Shown here in pieces: positions 12,709-25,700 of a stretch of 64,000 bases of DNA. The notes beneath the pieces were generated by a model. It was not told the DNA's origin. It saw only the letters and a program-made list of their open reading frames with translations, and did no database searches. The first letter of the stretch is position 1, and each line of letters begins with the position of its first letter. Made by a program: the position numbers and the translations under genes. Source of the stretch: Bugula neritina (Eukaryota > Animalia > Bryozoa); contig OZ037773.1 in assembly GCA_964035545.1 (NCBI GenBank), positions 8,461,751 to 8,525,750 on the forward strand, read 5' to 3'.

Positions 12709-13883
12709 CAATAGGGGAAGTACATAGGTATAGCGCAGATGCGTCGATTAATAATATAGTATATTGGCTATGGAATATCAATCAGTGGTGTAGTATTTCT
12801 CTATTCTACTAAAGTTTAGTCCACATGCTACTCTCAGACTTGCCACCGTTATTTGTGCTCCGGAATTGTGTATAGGTACTACAAGCCTCAATAAAAGCAA
12901 ATTACTTTTCAATAAGTTGCAGCATATAACTTCTCATACACAACTATTGACTAAGTAATTGTGTTCTCTTGTATTGTGTGAACTCTGCATGAGATACACT
13001 ATGTGACATGTCCTTAGCATCAGCTGCACTGATAGATTGGTTTTAAAAGCCCAACTTTGTACTATCGTGGGGAATTGTCTCTCCATCTATTGAGTTCCTA
13101 TTTCAGAGCCAAATGCTAAATTTTCTTTCTTTAATTGCATTACCGTATTCTATTTTATTTTAGTATTGTATGCAAATGTAAATATTTTTTTAAATATTAC
13201 TCATATAATTCTTTGTCATTATGATACAAAGTGTCATGATGTTTAATATTATAATAATTTGTATTATAGAAGAATTATTATGCGTTGTTGTCATTGTTAC
13301 TAGAATTAATTCTCATTAATTTGTAATTTACTTTGACTTTTGGCAAATTTTTTTCTCATTCTCATAGCCTAGATGTGTGCCTTTATGTGGAGCAGTTAAT
13401 ATTACACTAGAATATATATAGACTGTGTTTAGCCTCTTACAAATATAGTTGACTATTTATACAGGAAACTCCGACCCATTTGAACTCGGTGAGTGGGTGC
13501 CGCTGCTTTTTGGGGACGTACCTGAGGAGGAAAGTTGCAGCGGGTTGACAGTCACCCTCAAGATCCTCTATTCCCGCGTAGGAAGTCAGGCTAACCCTCA
13601 GAATAGAATAGTTGGAGCTAACCTGCAATATGATGCTCATGTGATCTCAACTGGCTCTGTCCTTGACCTTAACACTGAATTGTTTACTCTTGTTACCATA
13701 GTAACGTTTGTTGATGTGACTAAACACAGTAACACGCAGGCAGATCTACCTGCGTATAGTTTGAGATTACCTACTGATTTTTTCTATCCATTCGTTTGGG
13801 CCACAAATACTTCGCATTCAATGGTGGCGGCTAACCAACATATGTTTATATTATTACTATTAATATTTATGCATTTTTATTAA
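8598..13883 (+). CDS. TCTN1: Tectonic family ciliary transition-zone protein (TCTN1/3-like); exons ~8598-8649, 8735-8787, 8966-9248, 9520-9629, 10099-10352, 10760-10947, 11445-11625, 11991-12089, 12398-12580, 13465-13883
   Basis: Cys-rich [79 protein letters not shown], and a hydrophobic C-terminal tail. Exons from 8735 onward are in phase; the start exon is uncertain. The paralog number is not resolvable. Confidence 0.9.
9655..10068 (+). repeat. 15-bp minisatellite (agtatactagtagtc), about 27 copies, intronic
   Basis: Directly visible; produces the spurious (SILVV)n ORF. Confidence 0.95.
10603..10742 (+). repeat. 24-bp minisatellite (ttgtcatctcattgtattgtgaag-like)
   Basis: About 6 copies immediately before the acceptor at 10759. 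Confidence 0.85.
12098..12385 (+). repeat. ~21-bp minisatellite (gtagaatatatgatatgtagaaga-like) filling most of an intron
   Basis: About 13 degenerate copies. Confidence 0.85.
12629..12706. repeat. (TA)n microsatellite
   Basis: Perfect TA run of about 78 bp. Confidence 0.97.
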
Positions 13884-14094
13884 ATTTTTATTGGGTTTAT
13901 AGAACTTACTGTTGATTTAATGTAAAAAGTTGTTGTATATAATAAATACATAAAGGAATCAGTGATTTAGTCCTGCGTTGAAAATAACCCGCTGGTAAAA
14001 TTATAACTAAAAGAGTAGCAACAAATCCTAATACAGCTTAATACATATTGGCCTGTGAAATGGGACATATGAACAGCCTCCCGTTCCACTTTCT

Positions 14095-14358
14095 ATATTA
14101 CATGCTATGCTGTACTTTATTATCCTGTGCAATAATATCCTATATTGTATGCTATTTTATGCAATACTATACTATAGCCTACTATACTAAAATATGCAAT
14201 ACTATATTATACTATGATATACTATATGCTTTATTATACTATATGCTATACTATAATATATGCTATACTATAATATATGCTATTCTATGCTCTACAATAC
14301 CTACTTTACTATACTATATGATGCTATACTATAGTGTATGATGCTATGTTATACTATT
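14095..14358 (+). repeat. Degenerate pentamer repeat (TATAC/TATGC)n
   Basis: Visible 5-bp periodicity. Confidence 0.8.
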
Positions 14359-16774
14359 TACAATAAATACTAATTCACATTCTCTGACATGGGAAACTAT
14401 AAGTCATTAAAATAATTCTTACAAAATCCAAACTATGGAACATCAGTATTACTGGATGTAATCTAATTGCTATACATATTATGACATATATATTAAAAGT
14501 TGATTGCATTAATTTCTGGTTTTTACAATTACTACATGTAAAAGGAAATGACATAATTCAATATTTCTTGACCTATTTTAGCTGGCTGCCGATGAATTAT
14601 TTAAAGACAATTTGCTGATAGAAATTTGCTCAAAGAGTTCAGATGGCTGTGAATAATTGGCTATTATTTGTAACACAATGCTGCCCACAATGTCAGGTTG
14701 TGTATATAACTCAGTATATACAGTTTGCAATACATCAGAATTCATAGCAGTAAATAAATAATCCTATTTACTATACATTCAGTCAGTAGTTTGAGACATG
14801 GTCACTTGGGTTAATACAAGGATATCTAGGCAAATGTTCCTATAGTTTGCCTAAAACAGTTACAAGTAGTTACCTATTCTTTTACCATCTCGTCATAGTA
14901 GGTACACTGAAGGTGAAGTGACACTTGACAAGTAAAACAGGCATTGCAGGTAAGTTCTATACCATCTCCCTTGCCACTCTGTTGTCTAGAATCTACAACA
15001 AACATCCAGCAGGTGGTTGAAATCTACAACATCCAGCAGGTGGTTGAAGTTCTTGATGCGTTTCTTGCTAGGTTGAAGAAAAATTTACTTAAACAAAAAC
15101 TGCCATTTGCTGGCATTTGTAGTCCAAGTCAAAGATGTACGTGTGTAGATTTGTTAGATATGATTTCAGTTTGATATAACTGCTTGTGGTCCAAGCAACC
15201 ACCTCATCAATGCATCATAGTTCTGTATTAATATATTCACTAGCTGACAGAATAGTGAAAAGATGCTACTCTATATGATTTACCAAAGATAGTAGACAAC
15301 ATTAGCGTGTATTGAGTTCATAGAAGCAATATTTTCTTGAACTATAATTAATGTAGTATACTACGATACTACTATAATGTACTTTCAACAGTTCTTCTAT
15401 GACTTTGTGTAAAATATATTTAGACCAGCACCAATGTCAAAAGTCACTTCATGTATAAGAATAGTAAAAAGTAAATCAATCAGCAATAATAATAAGATGA
15501 CATATGTTGTAAATTAATTTCATATATTTTTATTGCTTAATAATTTTTTGTAAAATTCTGCCTTTTAATGCATGGCACAGGTATGTATATTTCATTACCG
15601 CAAGAATGTGAAATAAGTTTGAAATAAGTCATCTACAAGGTCATTCGCAAGGTCACCTGGAAACAGTCGACACCTGACAAGTTTAGGTACGCTATGTTCA
15701 TGAGTCAAAATATTCAACAGGTATTTAGCAAGTCGAGGAAATAGATTCTGCATCAACAACACACCTGTGACTAACCGTGTGTGGAAATAGTTGCACTTTC
15801 CCACTCAACTGGGTTCTAAGACAATTGCAATTCTAAAAACTTTCAATATAAATGCTAAAGGGTCAGGCTTTGTCTGTAGCACTTGAGCATTTTGATTTTC
15901 ATAACATTTCTGGCTGCCTGCAAAACACAAACTCTGAAAGCTAGCAACTGAGACTGGTCTATACACACCCATATTTACACATACCTATGCAGGATGGGTC
16001 CTAAAGCTATTGTGTTATCAGCTTTTACAAAGCTTCGACTCTAAAATTAGTAACAGAAATAATTACTTGTTGTAACTATAACAAAATGGTATCCTTGCTT
16101 GTATGGCTCAATATTACAACAAAGCATAGCTTTTAAAATCTATCCACTCTATTAAAACAAATGCAAACGGAATGCAGTCAGGTTTGGTTTTGTCTAATGA
16201 TTAGCTACGCATTAATTGCCTATTGTTGTGTAGTGTTAGATTTGAAACACTCATCTTAATCAAATTGGTTAGCGGCTGTTCCATAACAGATAAACCTGGA
16301 GCAGTTATGGACTATTAGGATAAGGCTGCCTAAAGGATAAAATGTATTTTTGACTGTACATTGAAGGCTCGGGCAAAAAATAATTTGATGAATTTTGATT
16401 GGTTGTTGTTGTAATTTCAATTCAATGTGTGACTGCATATTGACGAAACCGAATGACATTTTGTTTTTGACGTTTATGCCCAGGCCTGAATAATTTCTAC
16501 ATTAATATACCTTAACCTAATATATTAAGGAAATAAAATGTTTTTAAACTTCTCACTACTAATCAGACTGAAATATAAAGAATGAAATTCTGCTATAATT
16601 GTAAATATTCACCTAACTGGAGTGTATAACATTGCATGTGATGTAATTAAATTGGGTTAATGCATGCCGCTCATAAAATACCGTAGGTATTCTAACCTGC
16701 ATCTCATCTGATCTGGTTGTAGATTCTGATTCTGTACTTGTAACAAACAAGAGTTACATAAAATCAGACCCATT

Positions 16775-19700
16775 ATGTCAGAGCCAAAGGTAAGTGGAAC
16801 GTGGAGAAAGCATGTAGTATAAGTCAGCAAGAAACCCTGTAACAGTTTCAGTAACTATAATAGTGATTTTTCATGTCAAGATTATTTCAAGGCTACACTA
16901 ACCAAATTAATGCTTATTAACCTAAATGGCAAAATATTGCTCTGTAAGTCTGAAGTGTGATATGATTATCATAAAAGGACTGGTCAAAGAGATTGAGAAA
17001 GTTACAGTAAGTATATATACTTTTGCAGTAGTAGTTATTCTATTACTAGTTCCTACTTTTAATAAATATACCATCTCAATACCCTGTCTGTAGATGAACA
17101 CTATGAAATCAAAGCCGCCCCCAAGACCTCCAAAACTGCCGGACATCAAGTATAGACCCAAAGCTGTTCCTAAAACCTCTGATGAGACAAACCAACTCTC
17201 CCAGGTGTGCAATTATTTAGTAGCTAATTGTTAATAAGTTCTGAATGAATAAAGGCAGCTAAAGTCAACATCTAACAACATGTAAAACAAAATAAAATAC
17301 CTGGTTGTTCACAGATGTATGCCAAAATTGAGCTCAAGGAATATATTCCTTTAAACGATTTGTTAAGATGCGACAATGATGGTCAACAAGTTAATAGAAA
17401 GCAAAACTGTGAGCTACCATCTCTTTACTTTCTTTACATTCCTTGTTGTTTAGAATACAGCATCTGCCACAGCTCAAGAGAATGCAAGTGAATGTCAGAA
17501 AACTGGATCTTTGTCTGCCGGATTAAGAACTGCCAGATCTACTTCACGCAACAGGAACAAGAAAAGGGCTCCAAACCCTGCATCACAAGAAAGCAGTAGT
17601 TTTACAGGAAGTAAAGAAGAAAAGGTGAAGGGAGAAGGCAGTCAGCCTAAGGCAAAGCACATTGAGTATAGGAAATCTCGATCTACATCTCGAAACAAAA
17701 CCAAGAGGAGAGCTCCACAACCTGTTGGAGAGGAAGTGGGTGTGTTAAAAACAATCATGGCACCCGACACTGAACAGGTGAACGAAAGCTCTACCAAAAC
17801 AGTGTCTGGTCAGGGGCATCAGTTACTGACCTCTCAAATACAAGAAGAGTTTGTAGAGAGAAGCTGCTCAGGGTCAACAGAACTGTTAACAGCATTTGAA
17901 TCAAAAACAAACCAACCTCAGTCTGAAAACATTAGTGTTTCCGGGCAAGAACCAGCTTTTAAGCAGGTGACTTTCTCTGACTCAGACACTTTAATTGATG
18001 ATCAAACTTTTGATGAAAATGAAATGGGCGATGATAACAGCTTTGTGGAGATGGGTATTGCCTTTGAAGATCTGGTAGCAGAAGCAAGTGAACAGGAGGG
18101 TAATAACTGGGAGTATGCTGCTCCACTGGTTGATATTTACATGAGTCCAAGTGATGAATCTGATAGTGGAGAATTGGTCAGCCATGGTGTGGAAAAGGAA
18201 GTAGAGCACCAGGAAGGAGGTGAGAAAATTGTACTCGGTTTACCACAAGTATAAAGCTGCTATAAGCTAGTAATAAAGTGAAGATCAAAATAAAAATTAG
18301 AAAGTAATAAAAATGGAGTCACTTAATTGGTAAAAATACACACGAGCCCATTGCTCATCTATTTTCACCTAACCAGCTGGAGTCCTAGGCAGTTTTCATC
18401 TATGCCTATTTGCAATAACTTTCATGACTTTGTATAACATTAGGTAATGTTAGTTGCTGCCATTAGAGTTATCCACTCTTAATGCTACACTAGTTGATAT
18501 TGTACTACATTATAATAAAGGTATTACTATATATTATGCTAGTTGCTGAATGCCGCCATTTCGAATTATCTATGCAAAAACTCTAATTTTGTTTAGTTGT
18601 TTGACCACATGGTTTACATCTATTAAATATAACCTTTTTACTAAAAAAATATTAATATAAGATATTGCCAGTTCTGTTATATCTCAAGTAAGTCTTATTC
18701 CCACACTATCTGAAATTTAAAAATTTTCTTTTCATTTCCTCTTACTTTGTAGATCTATCCAATCTTTCTTTCAAACCCAGAACACCTAAGGACTCAGCGC
18801 CATGGCCTCCTAGTTTTAAGGTACCACCCCTCAATACTGTGGCATTGCGATTGAATCCCAAAGGCTACGCACATATCACCCACTCAGCTGAAACAGAAGG
18901 TGAGAATGTTTCATTTTACCTGCTAGACAAGCAGACTATGTTTATGCAAATACCAGCTAATTGTTTCAGTTTAGCTTTAGAAAGTAGTGTGGGGGGAGAT
19001 TTTCAAAAGCCCGTGCAATGGTGAAATACTAACCAAGAAGTTAGCTAAAGTTTAACCTCTAAAAGTATTAGAACAGTATCATGCAACTCACAAAAGTAAA
19101 TATTGTTTAAAAGCTGAAGTATACTACTGTGATATAAAATGCACAACAACACCTGACAAGGCAAGTAGTATTTTTTCATTTTACACGAAAAATAAGGAAA
19201 TTTACTTCAACAATATCTCAACTGATTAAATATGATTCATAGGTTGTGAAACTACAAAAAGCTCATGGTTGGGTTGCAGCTTTCCCAATAGTGTGGTTTT
19301 AAATGTGCATTTTTGTGTAGGGGGTTGTCTGTCCGTAAAGCAAAAATTGGTCACAACAATTAAGAAGATATTTTGTAGAGTTTCGTAAAGCATGATCTCA
19401 GCTTTTACCAGCCATATACCATTCCTCTAGGTTTAGCCACTCTCTCACTGCTCTCTAACACGTCAGCATCTAAAGGAATTCAAATTCTACAAAGTTGTTT
19501 CCGCCTTATAGTTCTCAGTGGAAGTAACATCTTCGTTTAGAGTAGAAACTATAGATTTTTTGTAGTAGTCCCAATCAACAAGACGCAATGCCAACACCGA
19601 CAATTAATGTACTTTTCTTAGAACCCCGCAACTCATACTATCAATTGCAATATAACAGAACAGAAAATTAGGAAGTATAAATTAATGGAGTCTGTGACAG

Positions 19701-22700
19701 ACATTTTTAGAACTAGTCGATGTATTTTTATAATACTTGACTCAGCACTGTCATACTTGCTCACACGTGTGCAGGCGTGGCACCAAGCCAGTATGGAGGG
19801 TTGACAGGTTATTCATATGAAAGGTGTTTGGGCTCGAAAATCCTGCAACCAAAATACTGTGATGTGTGCACTTGTAGCTATACTCAAAAGTGGACAACTC
19901 CTAGCATTCAACTTAAGCTATTTCTAGCTGTATTCGGTGGTTCTCAGGCTATGAAGAGGTTAACGAGTCTGGTAGCAACGCATTTGCATAAAATTTTGTC
20001 TGTAATAAAAGCAGTGAGTGATATATTTATGAGTTGATGGGGGACACGTGTATGATAGCTTTAGTAGGGTGTTGAGGAAATATAGCCATCCTTTATGCAT
20101 CACCAAAATGTAACAGTATATAGTAAACTCCACTAAAGTAGGTTAAAATTTTTGTAGGGCCCAAGGCTTCCCACAAGCATTGATTAAAATACTTAAGACA
20201 CTTCACTACAAAATAATTATGGATGCTGCAATGTAATAGTGCTTGTCAAATTACAATATAAATCACATATGAAGCAAAATTATGGAAATTCAAACACCAG
20301 ATTTAATATTTGCATGACTTGTAATGTGCTCTGAATTCTATTAAAATTGTTATTTATATTACTGCACCAAAGTTAACAGCAAATAAATCTTCTCTCGTAC
20401 TACAAAGAAAATCATTGTGTGACAAGTTTTATACATTAATTAGTTTCAGTAATAAACTCTACAGCATGCACACAAGTAGTATAAACTCATTTATATTTAC
20501 TAGTCACTAAAACACATCTCTTATGTGAATTTAGTGAAGTTGCCTCCTCTTTCTAGTATTAATTAATGCATAGTATAATGTCAAATGACTAAAAGTGTGA
20601 CTCCTCATAACATCTTGTACACCTTTCGTCCTAACAACTCATCTGATTTGAAAAAAACTGAACATCTCCCTGCTTTGAAATAAAAGTTGTGTATTTTACA
20701 CCAGTTTTGTTAGATGTTGGATTGATCAGTGCGTAGAAATATTGCTTTTTGTGTTAATTATTGACTAGTTTAATCACAACATAGCAGTTGAAAAAGCTAT
20801 GCAAAATGTTACTATATAATTGTTTTAGTAGAAGATTTGCTTTCATAAGGAAAAGCAGGAGTACGTCCTAACCAGCCTTGTTATAGTGACACAACATTAA
20901 ACATATTGTAGCTTATAGTTAATTATTGCATAAATTCACACTGGGTAGTGCTAAGAATGATTTCAGAACTGTGTGGGCTAGGCATGACATATTTATATGT
21001 ATGCAGTCATTCTGTATCAGATTTATGGAATAGTTTTATTGGCCGCTGTCTAATATTTGATGAGCACTTATAGCAATCCGACACAGCACGTGGGGAGCAA
21101 TTCACCCTCTTTGGCAGTCTAGCTGCTACTTTACCAGCCCTGTCTACCTATAAGGCTACATCACACTTTACTTGTACAAGCCACTCGGCAAACCTAAATA
21201 ACATTTATAAAAAAATTGGCAAATTAGTAGAAATACATAAATTATTGAAAGAATTTCTATTCTTTCACTTTCCTGTGCAACATTACCGGTATGCCAGTTA
21301 TACAAAAACTGCAAATGTGTTCATCTGTGGCAGGCTAGGCGTTGTCACTAGCTATCAGGTGATAGTAAAGTGATTGCCTTAACATCCCTCTCTCGTAATA
21401 ATCTGAACAGATGGCATGTAAAAATATAGAAGTAGTCAAACTGATTAACACAATCAATGCAATTCACAACTTTTACAAGTGCCAACTATTTATATAATAA
21501 AGCATTATGTTTGCTTTTTGAAATCTCATGTGAGGGTGCTAGAGAATGGCTAAAGTCAAAGTGAAGCAGCTCAAGTTAAGGTCAAGGTAAAATGGCTAAA
21601 GTTGAGTTCTAGGTAAAGCAAGGTCAAGGTGAAATATATCAAGTTATGTTTAGTAGAAAACATGCCGTTGTAACTGCTACTTTTGATATTATGATGTAAA
21701 CAAAATAATCTCCTGTAATGGCGTGGTAGTGACTCAACACAGTTCCACTAGGGTTACCACCCAGTGTTGTTGTAGTAGTATCTGTAACATACTCTAGTAT
21801 TTTATACACACCTGTAACATACTCTAGTATTCCATACATACATGTAACTTACTCTAGTATTTTATACATATCTGTAACTTACTCTAGTATTCCATACATA
21901 CATGTAACTTACTCTAGTATTATATACATATCTGTAACTTACTCTAGTATTCCATTCATATCTGTAACTTACTTTAGTATTATATACATATCTGTAACTT
22001 ACTTTAGTATTTTATACACACCTGTAACTTACTCTAATATTTATACATATCTGTAACTTACTCTAGTATTTTATACATATCTGTAACTTACTCTAGTATT
22101 ATATACATATCTGTAACTTACTCTAGTATTATATACATATACTTGTAACTTACTCTAGTACTAACTTAATGTATGACCCTAAAAAGCAAATTGAAATAGT
22201 TGACTCTCTAGAAATCAGTATGAGTGTATAGATATGAGATGGCAACAGCAGTATTATACAAGTGACTGTGTTCTAAGGATACATAATAAGGTCAAATTCC
22301 CTCTCTTAGATTTGGGTAAACTTCCTTCTTAATTCTTATGGGTAGGAACAGAGTTTTTATTGCTTATTTAAAGAAAAGAACTTGGAGCTATTGAAATGTA
22401 GGTTGACCCAGTATTATGCTGCCGATAGTGAAGGTGTGTGACCTCTACCTATATGTTAGAGTTTTATGCTGTCTTATGCTCATTTCTACAAAAATAGCAT
22501 GTGTTTACATCGGAGCTTATGAACTTGATTCTAGAATTTAATGTTTTCTACAAAATAACTTGGCTAATTGAAATCAACAAAGTGTTTATGGGCAACTGTT
22601 TAATTGGGTAACTTTACCACTGAATTTACAAACTCTCATTTAGGGTTTTGTAGAAATTATACGACTGCAATGATCAGTTCAACTACCAGAAAGTCGGTTG

Positions 22701-25700
22701 CCAGAATCAGTGAAGCGTGAGCTATCCTTAGTGATTTATGGTAAAAGATAACTAGTATGCATAGCTGGACTAGAAGATGGTACACTTGGGTTACCATGGA
22801 AACCGTGTTTAGCATGAGATTTATATGTGTTTGATTCTAAAGCTGGGGCGGTAAACATAAAGCAACAGTGTTTAGGTAGGCACTTACCAGATGAGTAAAT
22901 GCAAGGATACAGCAACGTGACGGCTGAGTTACAGTTACTAGATTGTTGTGAGATATATAGGTTGGTCTGGGCGTGCCTTCTGAGCTAGTAATGAGAGATT
23001 AATAGTGAGGCGAATGGCTGAGGTTGGAGCACACTCTGTTTGAGGTCTCACTGCTGGGCAGCGGGGAGAGAAAGCGCTGACTAAGAGACAGCAGGCTGTC
23101 ACTTGGCTTACAGCAGACAACGGATTGTGGTCAGGTAAACTGCTAGATATAGTGCGTAGCTTGAATAGAACATGGGAATGTTTCTGGCACAGAGGTTGCG
23201 CTATGCTTTACTTCTGATTATGGAATTTTTGTCTTTCTGTATATGAATCTCTATTATTTACATGCATGAGCTAGTGAAAGCTTTCTATTTTGAAAGCTAA
23301 AAAAGTTTCCTGTGAAAGGGAAGCTTGAGCATTGTAAAGAGAAAAATAACATAAGATGAATTTGCTAGTAGAGTGTACACTTTCATGCTACAATTATACA
23401 TCTTTAGCTAATAAGAATTTAGTAGAAAACCTTTTACCAAACTCTGTTTTTCAATTACCAAAACTTATTGATAGAAAACTTTGCCAAATACTTGACGCTC
23501 ATTTCCTGTTTGTGTTCTACTGTACTTAGTGTTAATGATACTTTAATTGATGAAAAGCCATGAGTGTATCGTAATACTTAGTCATAGCATTATCGTCAGG
23601 CTGGGCACAAAGTCAAGACACACTCATCGTAAGTTAAGTTGGCAGATGATTTTGGCTAGTAGTAGTGTATTTGATAGAACAGACAGGCTACTTAGCTGAA
23701 ATACTACATGTAATTAGTATTAGTTGAGAAGATAAGTGGACCTCCCTAGTTCATACAGTTTTATCAATTGTAGTTTCATAGTGGTGATGGAATTAATCAA
23801 CATAGAATTTAAGTTTCAAAACATTCCTAGTCACGTTGATAGGCATTTGATGCATGATGATTTTATTATACATGCAAAACACCCAAATATGTTATTTCAT
23901 GTCAAGTTGACTTCGTAATTAGAACATACTTGCATCTACATTTGAGAACCTCTGTTCAATAACCCTTGCTGGTGGTAAACTGTGAATATCTAATTTGATT
24001 CTTGCTGGCTGTAAACTGTGAATATCTTATTTGGTTCTTGCTGAGCAACAAGCCTGTGAACCAACAGCATACTCTGATACATGAATATATTGCATCAGGT
24101 TACATCTAAAGGAAGTTTAGAGTGTCTGGCTTAGTAAACACCAAGTCATGGGTTCGAACCCCAGTAAAGGCCATTGGTGATGTTGGGAAGAGCATCCAAT
24201 CATAATTGCTCCTGTGCCCCATCTGAATAAGTCTTTAGCCCGCTTAACAAATCCTTTCCATCAGGGGTTCTCACAGGGATGGTGACTATAAACTTGTGTA
24301 AGGTTACATCTAAAGGAAATTGATTAGAAAGGCTCATATATTAAGTTCTAGTTGATATACTTATGTGATTCCTGTCGCAATACAATAATATTACATCATA
24401 TTACATTTTAAAGCTTACAACTAATTAATTAATTCAAGTAGTGATGAAATATTTATAGCAGAACCTAAAGCAGTTTTAGCAAACTTCTAGATGTACATCA
24501 TAGATTCTTTTAGAAATTTTTAGTCAGCTTATAGCATATTTTTGAAGCAATATATTAGCGGATTTCTAGACACATTACAATCAGATAAGCCAACATAATT
24601 CAGTATAAACCACAAAAAATCCGTAAACCCCAACTACATATTAGACTGATATATAAACAGCTTATTGCGTATTATCTCCAATATAATATATTTTTATAGC
24701 AAAGTAGATGCTATCCATGTGCAGTCTGTAAGGTACTAATTAATGCTAAACTAAGTTATAAACAGGTCTTCGAAACTGAGGTCACTGTTTCAACTGAAAC
24801 TTACCAAAACTTACTCATATCGGAACAAAACTTGCTTGGAAGTCTTCAGTTACCTGAAAATATAGTTTTCTTTGTAAAATTTACATTATTTATTTTAGTT
24901 TAGATAGAAGCTGTTGTATTCTAGCAATTTACTTTAAGATTTATAATAATTCTGTCAGACTTCATTAGTATTTGAAAGTAAATGCTATACAAAAATGTAT
25001 TTGTTATTAACGAAATATATAACTAACTGGGTTATTATATTTATTCATACTAAAGTAGTTATTATATTATATAGATTAAAGTAATAACATCAGTAGCATC
25101 AATATGAATACAGGAAATATACGTACTGATGCAGGTTAGTCTAGATATGCAGAAGGCGTGATTGTGATTACATATACTGACACCGTGACTGATAGAATAA
25201 TGTGCTTTTGCTACACATTTAATACTAAAAATTTAAATATGTATATTTATTTTTTTATATGCCAAATTTTGTAAAATTTAAGGAGTAGACTAAAAGGGTG
25301 GCATTACAATGAGCTTGAATGCACGGATATCTCTAACATACCGTTACATAAACATTCAGTTGACACATGATCAAACAGATGTAGGGGTCCTAAAATTAGC
25401 ATACTGTTATTGACAGGTTTTTGTTAGCCTTAAGCCCCAAAGCTACATGACCAATCAATAGGGAACGTGATAAATAGACTAGGTAGCTTAGAATTTTATT
25501 GCTAGATACTTCAATTTTGAATATTATTATACCTTTCACGCAACTATAGGCAATCATGACTTTGCAGGGGTAAGTGATTCTGTCAATATACTCCAAATAG
25601 AGCTTTATACGGCTGCATGAGTCTCAATCTGACAATCAATTACCTTAATTTATCATGTACTCTGTACTGTTAGATTTATGGTAGAGTACAAATTAAACCA

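Noticed and set aside
19300-20200. Possible DNA-transposon remnant in intron 4 of the PEAK-like gene
   Set aside because: No TIRs, TSD or second copy could be identified in the window.
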